In this document: piece by piece, positions 17,264-27,106 of the stretch
How positions within the stretch are numbered: the stretch's first letter is position 1
How the letters are laid out: each line of letters begins with the position of its first letter
From: an uncultured Nitrospiraceae bacterium
GTDB taxonomy: Bacteria; Nitrospirota; Nitrospiria; Nitrospirales; Nitrospiraceae
Assembly (NCBI GenBank): GCA_963846575.1
Contig: CAWJWJ010000002.1
Location: 1,888,001 to 1,952,000, forward strand
Direction: 5' to 3'
DNA: 64,000 nt
Position numbers and translations under genes: made by a program
Notes under the pieces: generated by a model
Seen by the model: the letters and a program-made list of their open reading frames with translations, nothing else
Told to the model about the DNA's origin: nothing
Database searches by the model: none

Positions 17264-20200
17264 CTATGTATGCACCCCGGTTTCGCGGCCCGTCCATCTT
17301 TGCACTTCCTGGATCAGGGCGCGTTCCTCTACCGGCTTGGCAATATAGCCGGAGGCGCCTACACTGACGGCCATCTGCCGATGCTTCTCACCTGCCCTCG
17401 TGGTCATGACCACAATCGGCGTCGAATGCGTTTGCGGTCGTGCTCGTAGCGCTTGAATGACCTCATACCCGTTCAATTTGGGCATCTCGAGATCAGTGAT
17501 AATAAGCTGATAACTTTGCATCAAGGCTTTACGGCAGCCCTCCTCACCATCGGTCGCCGTGTCGACGGTATAACCAGCCGCTTCAAGCATGCGCCCGACA
17601 AACTTTCTGATGCTAAGCGAATCGTCGATCAACAAGAGCTGCCGAGGCCTGTCCGAGAGCTGACCCGGGATACTCTGGGATGGCCCATCGAGCGAGGCGG
17701 GTGAAAGGCTCTCCTGAGCGACCGGCATCGCGCCGTGGTACAGCCGCGTCGTCAACCGGCTCACATCCAGCACCAGGACGATGCGCCCTTCGGGATCTAT
17801 CGTTGCGCCCCCGAACACTGATCGTTCATAGGGCCTCAACGCTCCTAACGACTTAATGACGATTTCCTGACGACCGAGCAACTCATCGACCGCACACCCG
17901 AGCGCTCCGGTCGAAGTCCGGACGACTACCACCGGCTTGGCGCCATTGATGGTGCCTCCCTCCCGACGAATGAGGCTGGCGAGTGGAAACACCTCGACGG
18001 CTTCGTCGCCGAGCTGGATCACGGAACGATCTCCCATCTGCTGTATTGTCGACGCAGTCGACATCGTCACTTCGCGCACGCTGGGGAGCGGAATTGCATA
18101 ACGATCTCCCTCGACCCGGACGATCAACGCGGTGGCGATCAAGAGGGTGAGGGGGAGATGCATCGTGAACTTGGTACCCAGCCCACGCTCCGATTCCACT
18201 TCGATATGGCCGTTCATCGACTCGATGACCCGTTTGACCACATCCATGCCGACGCCCCTGCCCGCTTGATCGCCGATGTTGTCCGCGGTCGAAAAGCCCG
18301 GCAGGAAGATAAACTTGATAACTTCGCCTTCGGGGAGTGAGGCCGCCACTTCCGGCTTCACCAGTCCCAACTTGATCGCTTTAGCCTTGATCTTGGCAAT
18401 GTCGAGGCCCGCGCCATCGTCTTCCACCTCGATCAGCACGGAGTTCCCTCGGTGAGCCGCGTGCAGGTAAATCGAGCCGACTGCAGGTTTGCCCTGGGCG
18501 AGGCGAGTGCCGGGGAGTTCAATCCCGTGGTACACCGCATTGCGTACCAGATGCACCAGGGGATCAACGAGCCGTTCGACCACGCCGGTGTCGATTTCAG
18601 TATGTTCACCGGATGTGACCAGGTTGACTTCCTTCCCCGTGGCCCGAGCCATCTCGCGCGCGGCACGGCGGAACCGCGTAAAGGGAGTCCCGATGGGCAC
18701 CATTCGGGCGCGGGCAATTTCGTCGCGCATCCCCAGGGTCAGTTGCTGCAACTGTCCCATGTCGTCCTGGGCGCGATGGATTGAAGTCGTCAGTTGGGAC
18801 ATGGACTCAGTAATGTCCGCTGAGACTTCGCTGACCCGCCGGGCCAAAATGTTGAAATCGTCGTATTTGTCGAACTCCAACGAGCCGAAGTCAGTGACGC
18901 CCGCCATCCCCTGGGGCAACTCTTCCCCCTGTGATGCGGGTGACGGCTGGAAGGAGAACATGTGTTTGTCCTCGAAGGTCCGAACCGCCTCATTCAAGCG
19001 GCCCTTGTTGGCCACGACTTGAGCGGCCAGTTGATCCAACGTCTTCAAGCGTTGCTCAAGACGTCCGCGATCGATGACTAATTCGCCGACCAGATTCAGA
19101 AGCCGCTCGAGACGATCCCGACTGACTCGGATGACTTCTCGTTCTTCGCCGGCCTTCCCTTCTACCGGCTGAGACGACTCGACCGCGACGGCCTCGGCCC
19201 CATACTCGGCAGTCCCAGCGTCTGAGGCGATCAGTGTCCCTGACGTATCGCTAGTCTCCGGTTGGACCTGTCCTAGTCGCTTCAACTCCTGCAGCGAGGC
19301 TGCGAATCGTTGCCGCGTCCGCTCCAGTCTCGAGGAATCGCGGCGCATGAGCGCACGAATCACATCGATCGCACGCAGGAGCACATCCGTGTGCCAGGGT
19401 AACAGCCGAAGCTGTCCTTCACGCACCGCTCCCATGAAGTCTTCGATGTGGTGGGTCAGATCCCCGATGGCTTGAAATCCCACCGTATAGGCCGAGCCTT
19501 TCAACGTATGGGCTGTGCGGAAGAGTTGGTTGATGGCCTCCGGATCAACCGCCTGCTTATCAATCCGCAACAGGTCAGCTTCCAGACTTTCCACATACTC
19601 CTGAGCCTCCGGTGCAAAGTACGACATCACCTCGGCATCAAGGTTTGGAATGAGGTAGTCTTCTGTGAGCGTGGTTGAGGGAGTCATGTGTTGCGGGTGG
19701 ACATGTGGGTCACCGGCAAACCCAGCAGAAGGGCTCATTTCTTGAGCCGGTTGAGTTTCACAGTGCGCTGGAGCAGGCGCAGCCTCTGACGTCGGGCCGG
19801 TACCTTCCTCCATCTCTCGCAGTAACGTCACGACCAACGGGACTTCTGTCTGCAGGCGGAGTGCGGACTGAGCGTCTTGCGCCAACAGGGAACGCATGGC
19901 TTGGACCGCACGCCGGATGACGGTGATCCAATGGGGGGTGATGTCGGCCCGCTCTTCCCGTACCTGCATCATCCCGGCTTCGATCGGATAGGCAAGATCT
20001 CCCACCACCTGAAACCCGACGGTATAGGCCGACCCCTTCAACGTGTGAGCGACCCGGTACAACTGATGAACCGTCTCCGCTTCATGCGGATCGGCTTCGA
20101 GACGCTGCAGCAGCGTCTGAATGGTATTGAGATACTCTTCGGCCTCCGGAATAAAGTAGGACAGCACTTCGCCATCAATCGCGGGAAGCAGGTAGCCTGC

Positions 20201-20635
20201 AGGAGCCGTCACCACGGATTCATCGGAGATCTCCCGTCCGCCATCCGGCAGCAATTCTCCGCGCCGTCGAACCAACCCCTCGACCACCGGAAGGTTCTCC
20301 CCTCCCCCTCGTCCGATATCTTCCACTTGAGCCCTGAACGAGGCCACGATCTCTCGAATCAATTGAAGCGCCGTCGGCCAGCGTGCGGGCGGGATCTCCT
20401 GCACCTGTTCCAACGTCTCCTCGAGAAGCGCTCCCAGTTGGCCGAGCCCCGCAAATCCATACAACAGGGCCGCACCCTTCAACTTATGGCCCACCGCATG
20501 GAATCCGGCGACCTCCGCCGGTTCAGGATCCGCTTTTCCCTCGGGGTGCAGCGCCTTCCAGAAGCGCGTCATCTCGTCGCACGCTTCGGCGACGAAAATG
20601 TCCAGGAGCTGGTCGCGATCAAAATCAGAGCTCAT
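17264..20635 (-). CDS. cheA: Hybrid chemosensory kinase, CheA/ChpA-like (three Hpt, dimerisation, HATPase, CheW, REC)
   Basis: HKLKGAA and two HTLKGSA motifs; IRVSRDRLERLLNLVGEL; HLVRNAVYHG; DDGAG; GRGVGMDVV; C-terminal receiver DDS...TDLEMP...KP. An alternative TTG start is at 20647. Confidence 0.95.
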   Translation of the reverse strand: MSSDFDRDQLLDIFVAEACDEMTRFWKALHPEGKADPEPAEVAGFHAVGHKLKGAALLYGFAGLGQLGALLEETLEQVQEIPPARWPTALQLIREIVASFRAQVEDIGRGGGENLPVVEGLVRRRGELLPDGGREISDESVVTAPAGYLLPAIDGEVLSYFIPEAEEYLNTIQTLLQRLEADPHEAETVHQLYRVAHTLKGSAYTVGFQVVGDLAYPIEAGMMQVREERADITPHWITVIRRAVQAMRSLLAQDAQSALRLQTEVPLVVTLLREMEEGTGPTSEAAPAPAHCETQPAQEMSPSAGFAGDPHVHPQHMTPSTTLTEDYLIPNLDAEVMSYFAPEAQEYVESLEADLLRIDKQAVDPEAINQLFRTAHTLKGSAYTVGFQAIGDLTHHIEDFMGAVREGQLRLLPWHTDVLLRAIDVIRALMRRDSSRLERTRQRFAASLQELKRLGQVQPETSDTSGTLIASDAGTAEYGAEAVAVESSQPVEGKAGEEREVIRVSRDRLERLLNLVGELVIDRGRLEQRLKTLDQLAAQVVANKGRLNEAVRTFEDKHMFSFQPSPASQGEELPQGMAGVTDFGSLEFDKYDDFNILARRVSEVSADITESMSQLTTSIHRAQDDMGQLQQLTLGMRDEIARARMVPIGTPFTRFRRAAREMARATGKEVNLVTSGEHTEIDTGVVERLVDPLVHLVRNAVYHGIELPGTRLAQGKPAVGSIYLHAAHRGNSVLIEVEDDGAGLDIAKIKAKAIKLGLVKPEVAASLPEGEVIKFIFLPGFSTADNIGDQAGRGVGMDVVKRVIESMNGHIEVESERGLGTKFTMHLPLTLLIATALIVRVEGDRYAIPLPSVREVTMSTASTIQQMGDRSVIQLGDEAVEVFPLASLIRREGGTINGAKPVVVVRTSTGALGCAVDELLGRQEIVIKSLGALRPYERSVFGGATIDPEGRIVLVLDVSRLTTRLYHGAMPVAQESLSPASLDGPSQSIPGQLSDRPRQLLLIDDSLSIRKFVGRMLEAAGYTVDTATDGEEGCRKALMQSYQLIITDLEMPKLNGYEVIQALRARPQTHSTPIVVMTTRAGEKHRQMAVSVGASGYIAKPVEERALIQEVQRWTGRETGVHT

Positions 20636-20686
20636 TGACCCACTCAAGATCCGAGCGGAGACCTTTCACCGCTCTTCAAGAGGCGT

Positions 20687-22561
20687 TTACGCGAGTTTGA
20701 ACTGAGCGACCGACGAATTGAGGCCTTCGGCCAGTTTCGCCATGTCCTCGATCGTGAGCCGAGTAGAATCCGTCTGCTTCTGGGTCGCCACCGCGCCGCC
20801 GGTAAACTCCTTAATGGCTCGACCGACTTTTTCCGTCGAGGCGGTCTGTTCGGATGCTGCGCTCGCAATGTTCTGGGCCAGCTCGGACGACCGCTTGGCA
20901 ATGTCTGAAATTTCAGCGAACACGTCACCGGTTCGAAGCGCCGAGGCAGATCCCGCTTCCACCGCCTGCGTTTCATGTTCCATAGCGACGACGGCGTCCT
21001 GCGTTTCCGTTTGAATCACTTTTACGAGATCGGCGATTTCCCGCGTGGCCTGCGTGGAACTTTCTGCCAGCTTTCTCACCTGGTCGGCGACGACAGCGAA
21101 CCGCGCTCCGGCCTCGCCGGCGCCTGCCGCCTCGATGGCGGCGTTCAGCGCAAGGAGGTTCGTTTGATTGGCAATATCTCGAATCGTGGAGACGATCTGA
21201 GAAATTTCGAGTGAACGATCGCCCAGACCTTTGACCTGCTTGGACATGCGTTGCACGGCAGACCGGATGCTCTGCATGTCTCGCACGGTTTCCTGCACCG
21301 CCACATTGCCTCGCTCCGTGGCTGAAAGCACCTGTTTCGCGGAATCGGAGGATGCACCCGCCGTGGTCGCGACTTGACGCATACCGGCTGCCAGCTGTTC
21401 GACGGCGCCCAGCGTCCGCACGGACTCCTCAGCCTGACTCCGGGCTGTCCCGGACATCTGACCGGCTGAATCCCGGAGCGTACCGGCAGACTTGTTGACA
21501 CGGTCGGCCGCTTCACGCACCTGTTTCAACAATTGCCCGAACCGCGCGATCATCAGGTTGAATCCGTCGGCAAGGTTACCGAACATATCCGCCGTCACTT
21601 CGCCTCGTTTGGTCAAGTCTCCTTTACCAACCTCGGATACCAGCACGAGAAACTGCATGAGGCGCTTTTGCATCATGTCGCGCTCTTCCTCGGTGGATAC
21701 GAGGGTCGTAATACGATCGAGCATGGTGTTGAACGCCGTCGCCATCTGCCCCAATTCGTCGTGCGACTGAATTTTGGCTCGAGCTTGCAAATTGCCTCCG
21801 GCAGCCTGTGTCGCGACGTTGGCGATGTGTGTGATGCCGCGTGACAGGAACGTCGCCAGCACATATCCGACGAACACTCCAAGCGCAACAGCGACGAGAC
21901 CGCCGACGGCCAGAATGAACGTACCGGTGGACGCCAGGGTCTGCGCGTCGTCGTTGAGATCCTTGGCGACCGCTTCAATGCTCGTCACCTGCTCATTGTG
22001 TCGCTTCACGGCTGTTTCGAAAGAAGGCGTCAAATTGACGGTCAATGCCAGGACACCAAGCGCTCGCATCTGTTCCGCCTGCGCGCCGGACAAGGTCGTG
22101 CGATCGAAACTGTCCGCCATGGCGCTCAAGGCACCGTCGGCATCCTGGAAGTACTTCCTCAGCGCCGGCTCGAACAGCGTCAGGTCTTTGGTTTCGTCCC
22201 GACCGGAACGTGACGCGCGCAAGGTCGTGCGCTTATAGTTATTCAAGGTCCTTTCGATATCCGCCTTCAGCGGGGCGAGCCTGGCCGCATCCTGGGCGAA
22301 GTCGGCTTGCTTGGTGGCGGTCGCGACATCCAGCAGAATCTGGTGGTGCTTGGTCAATGCCGTTCCCATCTGAGCGAAGTCGGCCAGCGGCACTGTATAG
22401 TCGGCGTATACCGTCTGTGATTGGCTGCTGAGCTGCCGAAGGGTGAACACACCGACGCTGGCCATCATCATGATGATGACGCTGACGAGACCGAAACTGA
22501 CGAGCAGTTTCGTCTGGGTTTTCATGTCTTGGAATCGATTCTTGACGCCTTGCCCGATCAT
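20687..22561 (-). CDS. Methyl-accepting chemotaxis protein (PilJ-like, four-helix-bundle sensor, HAMP)
   Basis: Two TM segments, [15 protein letters not shown] and signalling tip [17 protein letters not shown]...[13 protein letters not shown]. Confidence 0.95.
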   Translation of the reverse strand: MIGQGVKNRFQDMKTQTKLLVSFGLVSVIIMMMASVGVFTLRQLSSQSQTVYADYTVPLADFAQMGTALTKHHQILLDVATATKQADFAQDAARLAPLKADIERTLNNYKRTTLRASRSGRDETKDLTLFEPALRKYFQDADGALSAMADSFDRTTLSGAQAEQMRALGVLALTVNLTPSFETAVKRHNEQVTSIEAVAKDLNDDAQTLASTGTFILAVGGLVAVALGVFVGYVLATFLSRGITHIANVATQAAGGNLQARAKIQSHDELGQMATAFNTMLDRITTLVSTEEERDMMQKRLMQFLVLVSEVGKGDLTKRGEVTADMFGNLADGFNLMIARFGQLLKQVREAADRVNKSAGTLRDSAGQMSGTARSQAEESVRTLGAVEQLAAGMRQVATTAGASSDSAKQVLSATERGNVAVQETVRDMQSIRSAVQRMSKQVKGLGDRSLEISQIVSTIRDIANQTNLLALNAAIEAAGAGEAGARFAVVADQVRKLAESSTQATREIADLVKVIQTETQDAVVAMEHETQAVEAGSASALRTGDVFAEISDIAKRSSELAQNIASAASEQTASTEKVGRAIKEFTGGAVATQKQTDSTRLTIEDMAKLAEGLNSSVAQFKLA

Positions 22562-22658
22562 GGTGCGCTCCTCCTTGTGTCCTGCTATCCTTCACCTTCG
22601 GCGGCCGGTCCCATAATCGCCGGGTTCGCGCGCCCGCGAAGACTCACATCACCGCTTC

Positions 22659-23204
22659 TCACGCTGCCGACAATGCCGTACCCCCGCCGTCGACATAGGC
22701 AAATACCTGCGGAATCTCCAACACGCCTCCCAAACGCTCCTGCATTCGAAGCACCGCCGACACGCAGGGACGCGCACCGGCCGGTCCGCCCTGCACGGCC
22801 GGCAGCAGATTCCCGCGAGAGATGGTGTGAATCTCCGGGACATGGTCGACCAGCAGACCGATGTGTCTTCCGCCCTGTCGGACCACCACCGCAAACGGCA
22901 GCCCCGCATTGGCCGTGGACAGGCCAAGCATGCCGCGCAAATCGACCAGGGAAACCACTGTCCCCCGGAGATTCGTGACGCCCGTCAGGAGACTCGGCAT
23001 ACCCGGAACGGTGGTCACGGATTCCACCTCAAACACTTCGGCGACGTGACGAAGGTCAATGGCGAACGCTTCGCCACCCAACGTTAAGACGCACATGCGC
23101 AGGGTTCCGTCGGTCGCCGCAGCGGGGAGTCCCGATGAACGAGAGGCTCCGTCAGCCGGGGATGCGACGGGCGGTCGGGAATGGATCGTCGGAACGTCAC
23201 TCAT
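22659..23204 (-). CDS. cheW: CheW (PilI-like)
   Basis: VTTVPGMPSLLTGVTNLRGTVVSLVDL...GLLVD. Confidence 0.92.
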   Translation of the reverse strand: MSDVPTIHSRPPVASPADGASRSSGLPAAATDGTLRMCVLTLGGEAFAIDLRHVAEVFEVESVTTVPGMPSLLTGVTNLRGTVVSLVDLRGMLGLSTANAGLPFAVVVRQGGRHIGLLVDHVPEIHTISRGNLLPAVQGGPAGARPCVSAVLRMQERLGGVLEIPQVFAYVDGGGTALSAA

Positions 23205-23207
23205 AAC

Positions 23208-23570
23208 TTAGTTCAAAGCCCGTTTCACGGCAGCCACCAGGTCTTCCGCCTTAAACGGTTTCACCACATAACCATTGGCGCCCTGCTGCTGGCCCCAAAA
23301 CTTGTCGCTTTCCTGCCCCTTGGAGGTGCAGAGCACAATCGGGATCCCCTTGAACCGATCGTCACTCTTGAGATCGCGGCAAGTCTGGTATCCATTGCGT
23401 CCGGGCATCACGACATCCAGTACGATCAAGTCAGGCTTGTCGATCGCGAGTTTGTCCTCGAGTTTGTCAGTGTTCGGATACGAGACGACCGTATGATTTG
23501 CGGTTTTCAGATAACCTTCGATCAGCTGCAACTCGGCATAGGAATCATCGACGACAACGATCTTGCTCAT
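23208..23570 (-). CDS. Single-domain response regulator, PilH-like CheY
   Basis: IVVVDDS...LDVVMPGRNGYQTCRDLK...TSKGQESDKFWGQQQGA...KPF. The DKFWG..QGA signature is typical of PilH/PixH. Confidence 0.92.
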   Translation of the reverse strand: MSKIVVVDDSYAELQLIEGYLKTANHTVVSYPNTDKLEDKLAIDKPDLIVLDVVMPGRNGYQTCRDLKSDDRFKGIPIVLCTSKGQESDKFWGQQQGANGYVVKPFKAEDLVAAVKRALN

Positions 23571-23617
23571 GAATGCATCCTCCCCCTTCAACCCAGATAA
23601 ATGTGCGAGATTGATAG

Positions 23618-24352
23618 TTACCGCATTGGAATGACGATACTGATGGCCCCAGCCAGATCTCCCTCTCGCCACCCCTCTTTCTTGGCGCCCGTGATGTCGC
23701 GCTCTCCCTTGGGATTGCCATGGCACCCCAGGCAAGTGGACGCCGCGTATTCGGGATCCATCATGCGCAGCACCGGCTTCCCGTCGAGCATCGTCGCCTT
23801 GCTGTAGGGCTGTCCCTTGGGATGGCGCGTGTCGGAGAACAGTCTCAACACTTCCGACTCAAAGTCATCCGGCCGATTGCCGGGAAATCGATAGTCCGCG
23901 CTCGTGAGCTTCACGCGAATCCCTGTTTTGCGATAGAAGCGTTCGCCCGTTTTGCGGGCAAAGACGGCGGGAATGAGATTTTTGAATCCGACGCCCTGCT
24001 TATTGATCACCGGCTGAGCCTCGTCGATCACTTCTTTCTCTGATTCGACCATGGCGAGATACAGCGGCGCCTGTGGCGTGCTGTTAGGTCGGCTCAGATC
24101 AATTTTCGTCGCTTTGCGAAACCGGTCAACCACTTGATTGGCGACATAGTCGCCGGTAAATCCCTTATCGCCCTTGGCGGCATCGTTGATCGTCGCTTGA
24201 TGTTCAGAAATGAGACCGCGGCCCACCTGCACCAGCTTGATCAACAACTCTGCCGTTTCTACCTCGGTGTTGGCCAATGCAGGGCCGGCTGCGCCCACGC
24301 AACTCACCATCAATGCCGCCACCACACATTTTGTGATGAAATTGTTCGCCAT
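23618..24352 (-). CDS. Periplasmic monoheme c-type protein, DUF3365/Tll0287-like
   Basis: Signal peptide (...GPALA), NRPDDFE, CLGCH heme-c motif and GDLAGAISI C-terminal strand. ATG 24352 with a GGAGG RBS. Confidence 0.85.
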   Translation of the reverse strand: MANNFITKCVVAALMVSCVGAAGPALANTEVETAELLIKLVQVGRGLISEHQATINDAAKGDKGFTGDYVANQVVDRFRKATKIDLSRPNSTPQAPLYLAMVESEKEVIDEAQPVINKQGVGFKNLIPAVFARKTGERFYRKTGIRVKLTSADYRFPGNRPDDFESEVLRLFSDTRHPKGQPYSKATMLDGKPVLRMMDPEYAASTCLGCHGNPKGERDITGAKKEGWREGDLAGAISIVIPMR

Positions 24353-24505
24353 GCCCCCTCCTCGTACCGATTTCTGTTCGTCCCGCCAGGACTTACGCCC
24401 CGGAGATTTCAATGACTCTGTGACAAAGATAGCGCAAAATTCCCCGTTGACAATTTCGGCCACAGAGACGCAATCCCGACAGACAATTTTGACTCTGGCT
24501 GCCTG

Positions 24506-24522
24506 TGCAGGATCGGTGCCAA
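24506..24522 (-). promoter_or_regulatory. Sigma54 (RpoN) promoter of the chemosensory operon
   Basis: Minus strand TTGGCACCGATCCTGCA, i.e. GG-N10-GC at -24/-12. Confidence 0.75.
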
Positions 24523-24526
24523 ACAA

Positions 24527-24539
24527 AATCAATTACTTA
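24527..24539 (+). promoter_or_regulatory. IHF binding site
   Basis: AATCAATTACTTA is an exact match to WATCAANNNNTTR, immediately upstream of the sigma54 site. Confidence 0.65.
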
Positions 24540-24709
24540 GGAAGGAGGTTGCGATCCGAGGTGAAATTGATGAAGTCTGCGATTTCGTAGATGAATAGGT
24601 GTGAACGAGAAACTATATCCACTATGTTCATCAGGAAGGCCACGAGCGGACGATTGTTCAAGATTCCGACAGAAGCGCCAAAGTTTAGTCGTTTCGAGAG
24701 GGTCCGCTG

Positions 24710-26329
24710 TCAGAGAGGCCCGGGAGGGATCGATGGGTCCGGCGAGGCTGGGGAGGGCAACGTCTGTTCACCCGGTCGTACCAGGGCCCAGACCGGGCCG
24801 AGATCGAGGTGTCGGCCGACATGGTCCGCCCAGCGATCAAGCGCCTCCTCACGCCTGTTGTTCACCATGTGTGAACAAGCGAGGTCGAGAGCGGGCAATC
24901 CCTTGCGGACCCGTAGCCGGTTCAACCAGGCGCGGCGAAATTCCGGCTGATCGAACAGGCCATGGATATAACTGCCCCACACCAGGCCATCATCACGGCA
25001 CGCACCGTCCAGGCACCGGTCGTCTCCGTCCACCGCGAGGCTACGACGGTCGATTGGTTCAGCCTCGGCGTGAAGCACAAAACAAGCACGATGCTCATGA
25101 CGATCCGTCCTCCCCATGTGAATGAAATAGCCACGGACCGTCGATGGGGCGGCCTCCTTCAGGAGCAGGGCCTGCGCCTGAACTTGCTCGGTAATCTTAT
25201 CCTTCGCTAAGACAGTCGTGAGATGCAGCAAGCCAAACCCCTCTGCCGTCCCGCCCCCTTCCACCCCGTCAGGATCGGCAATCCGTCGGCCTAACATCTG
25301 GTATCCGCCGCAGATACCGACCACCTCTCCGCCGCCTGCGGTATGCTCATGCAGCAGGGACTCGAACCCCTTTTCCCGCAAATAGGTCAGGTCGGCCAAT
25401 GTCGTCTTCGTACCGGGCAGCAGGATTACGTCGGCACCGGCCGCGTCCCCCGGGTCAGCCACATAACGTAGCCGCACATCGGATTCGTCCGCCAGCCGGT
25501 TGAAATCGGTAAAGTTGCTCATGTGGGGAACCAGAACCACCGCAACATTGATACCGTCAGGGGAGAACGTCACCTGGCGGCCCCGTTCACTATCGAGGCT
25601 GTCTTCCTGATCGAGCCCAAGTTCCCGGAGAAATGGCAGCAGACCCAGGACGGGAAGTCCCGTCCGTTCGGTCAGAAAGCGTATGCCATCCGCAAAAAGC
25701 GCGGCATCGCCCCGAAACTTATTGATCACCAGCCCGCACACCCGGTCACGCTCCTGCGGCGTAATGAGGTCGAGCGTCCCGATGATTTGAGCGAACACAC
25801 CTCCGCGATCGATGTCTCCGACAAGAATCACCCGGGCATCGGCCATCTCGACAACCGGCCAGTTCACGAGATCACGATCCCGGAGGTTGACCTCCGCCGC
25901 GCTACCGGCGCCTTCGATCACGATGACCTGATACTGGGACGCCAGCCGCTCGTAACTCTCTCGTACCGCCCGAAAAAGAGCAGAATCCCGAGGTCGCGTG
26001 AAATAGGTCCGGGCCTCCAGCGTGGCATACACTCGTCCCTGCAGAACAACTTGCGACCGGGAGTTCGATTCGGGCTTCAACAAGATCGGATTCATGTCGA
26101 CATGCGGCGGAATCCCGCACGCTTCGGCTTGCAGAGCCTGCGCCCGCCCGATCTCGCCCCCCTCGGGTGTCACGAAGGAGTTCAGGGACATATTCTGAGC
26201 TTTAAACGGAGCCACGCGAATTCCAGCGCGGCGCAGGACACGACAGAGTCCTGACGTGACCATACTCTTTCCGACGTCAGAGCCGGTTCCCAGAACCGCG
26301 ATCGCAATGGCACGAGCAATGTGTGGCAT
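24710..26329 (-). CDS. cobQ: Cobyric acid synthase CobQ/CbiP
   Basis: GTGSDVGKS, PFKAQNMSLNS, MNPILLKP, EGAGSAAEVNL, GICGGYQMLG and YIHGLFD. Confidence 0.96.
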   Translation of the reverse strand: MPHIARAIAIAVLGTGSDVGKSMVTSGLCRVLRRAGIRVAPFKAQNMSLNSFVTPEGGEIGRAQALQAEACGIPPHVDMNPILLKPESNSRSQVVLQGRVYATLEARTYFTRPRDSALFRAVRESYERLASQYQVIVIEGAGSAAEVNLRDRDLVNWPVVEMADARVILVGDIDRGGVFAQIIGTLDLITPQERDRVCGLVINKFRGDAALFADGIRFLTERTGLPVLGLLPFLRELGLDQEDSLDSERGRQVTFSPDGINVAVVLVPHMSNFTDFNRLADESDVRLRYVADPGDAAGADVILLPGTKTTLADLTYLREKGFESLLHEHTAGGGEVVGICGGYQMLGRRIADPDGVEGGGTAEGFGLLHLTTVLAKDKITEQVQAQALLLKEAAPSTVRGYFIHMGRTDRHEHRACFVLHAEAEPIDRRSLAVDGDDRCLDGACRDDGLVWGSYIHGLFDQPEFRRAWLNRLRVRKGLPALDLACSHMVNNRREEALDRWADHVGRHLDLGPVWALVRPGEQTLPSPASPDPSIPPGPL

Positions 26330-26356
26330 GGACTGTCGCCAGATCTTGAGTGTGGT

Positions 26357-27106
26357 TTATGGTCGACGCCGGTCGGCCCACTGCCTTGCCAGGCTCAAGC
26401 CCTGGCTGATGGAGTCGGCTGTGACCCGCCCGATCATGGACCCGATCTCGGTATGGGTTCCCGCATAGGGTTCCCACGGCCCGTTACCTTTCACAGCGCA
26501 GGCAACCACCACGGCATCCGTCCCCGTTCCTGTGGCACCGGCCTGGCCGGTCCAACTGGGAACGGCATGGTCACGTAACAGGCCGGTCTTGCTTTCGGTC
26601 GCCACTTGGACCGCACACACCAAGGCCGACACCGCCAGACAGGCGTTCGTGACCAGGATCAGGTTGATCGTGCCAGGCGTCTGATCCGGTTCCTTCCCCG
26701 TGATGCAACGAGGCGGCTCACCGGCCCTCACCGCATTGGTGACACCGACCGTGGCAAAACATTCGACCCAGATTTCACCCCGCGTCTCGCGATTGGTGAC
26801 CAGTTGTGTCATGGGTACCGCCGTCATAAGGCCGACGCAATCACCGTCAACACCCAGGCCGAGGGCTATTCCTCGAAGGTATCGCGCGGGATCACCCCAC
26901 CGGGCCTGTGAACCAGGCGTCGGCGTAGCCCCTTGGCGGACGGGGTCGGGGCAGACCTGATGGTTCAAGATGTAGCGGACCGTTCGGACCCCTCCCCCTT
27001 TCGGAGCCGAAGACAACACACGCATGCGAGTGCCGAGATGAATGACCAGCGTGTCCGCGACGACGCGATAATCAGTGCAGAGGCGATCAGGATCGGGCTT
27101 CTTCAT
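26357..27106 (-). CDS. cbiZ: Adenosylcobinamide amidohydrolase CbiZ
   Basis: GLMTAV, ATVGVTNA, PGTINLIL, ATESK and ATGTGTDAV. ATG overlaps the cobD stop (ATGA). Confidence 0.88.
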   Translation of the reverse strand: MKKPDPDRLCTDYRVVADTLVIHLGTRMRVLSSAPKGGGVRTVRYILNHQVCPDPVRQGATPTPGSQARWGDPARYLRGIALGLGVDGDCVGLMTAVPMTQLVTNRETRGEIWVECFATVGVTNAVRAGEPPRCITGKEPDQTPGTINLILVTNACLAVSALVCAVQVATESKTGLLRDHAVPSWTGQAGATGTGTDAVVVACAVKGNGPWEPYAGTHTEIGSMIGRVTADSISQGLSLARQWADRRRP

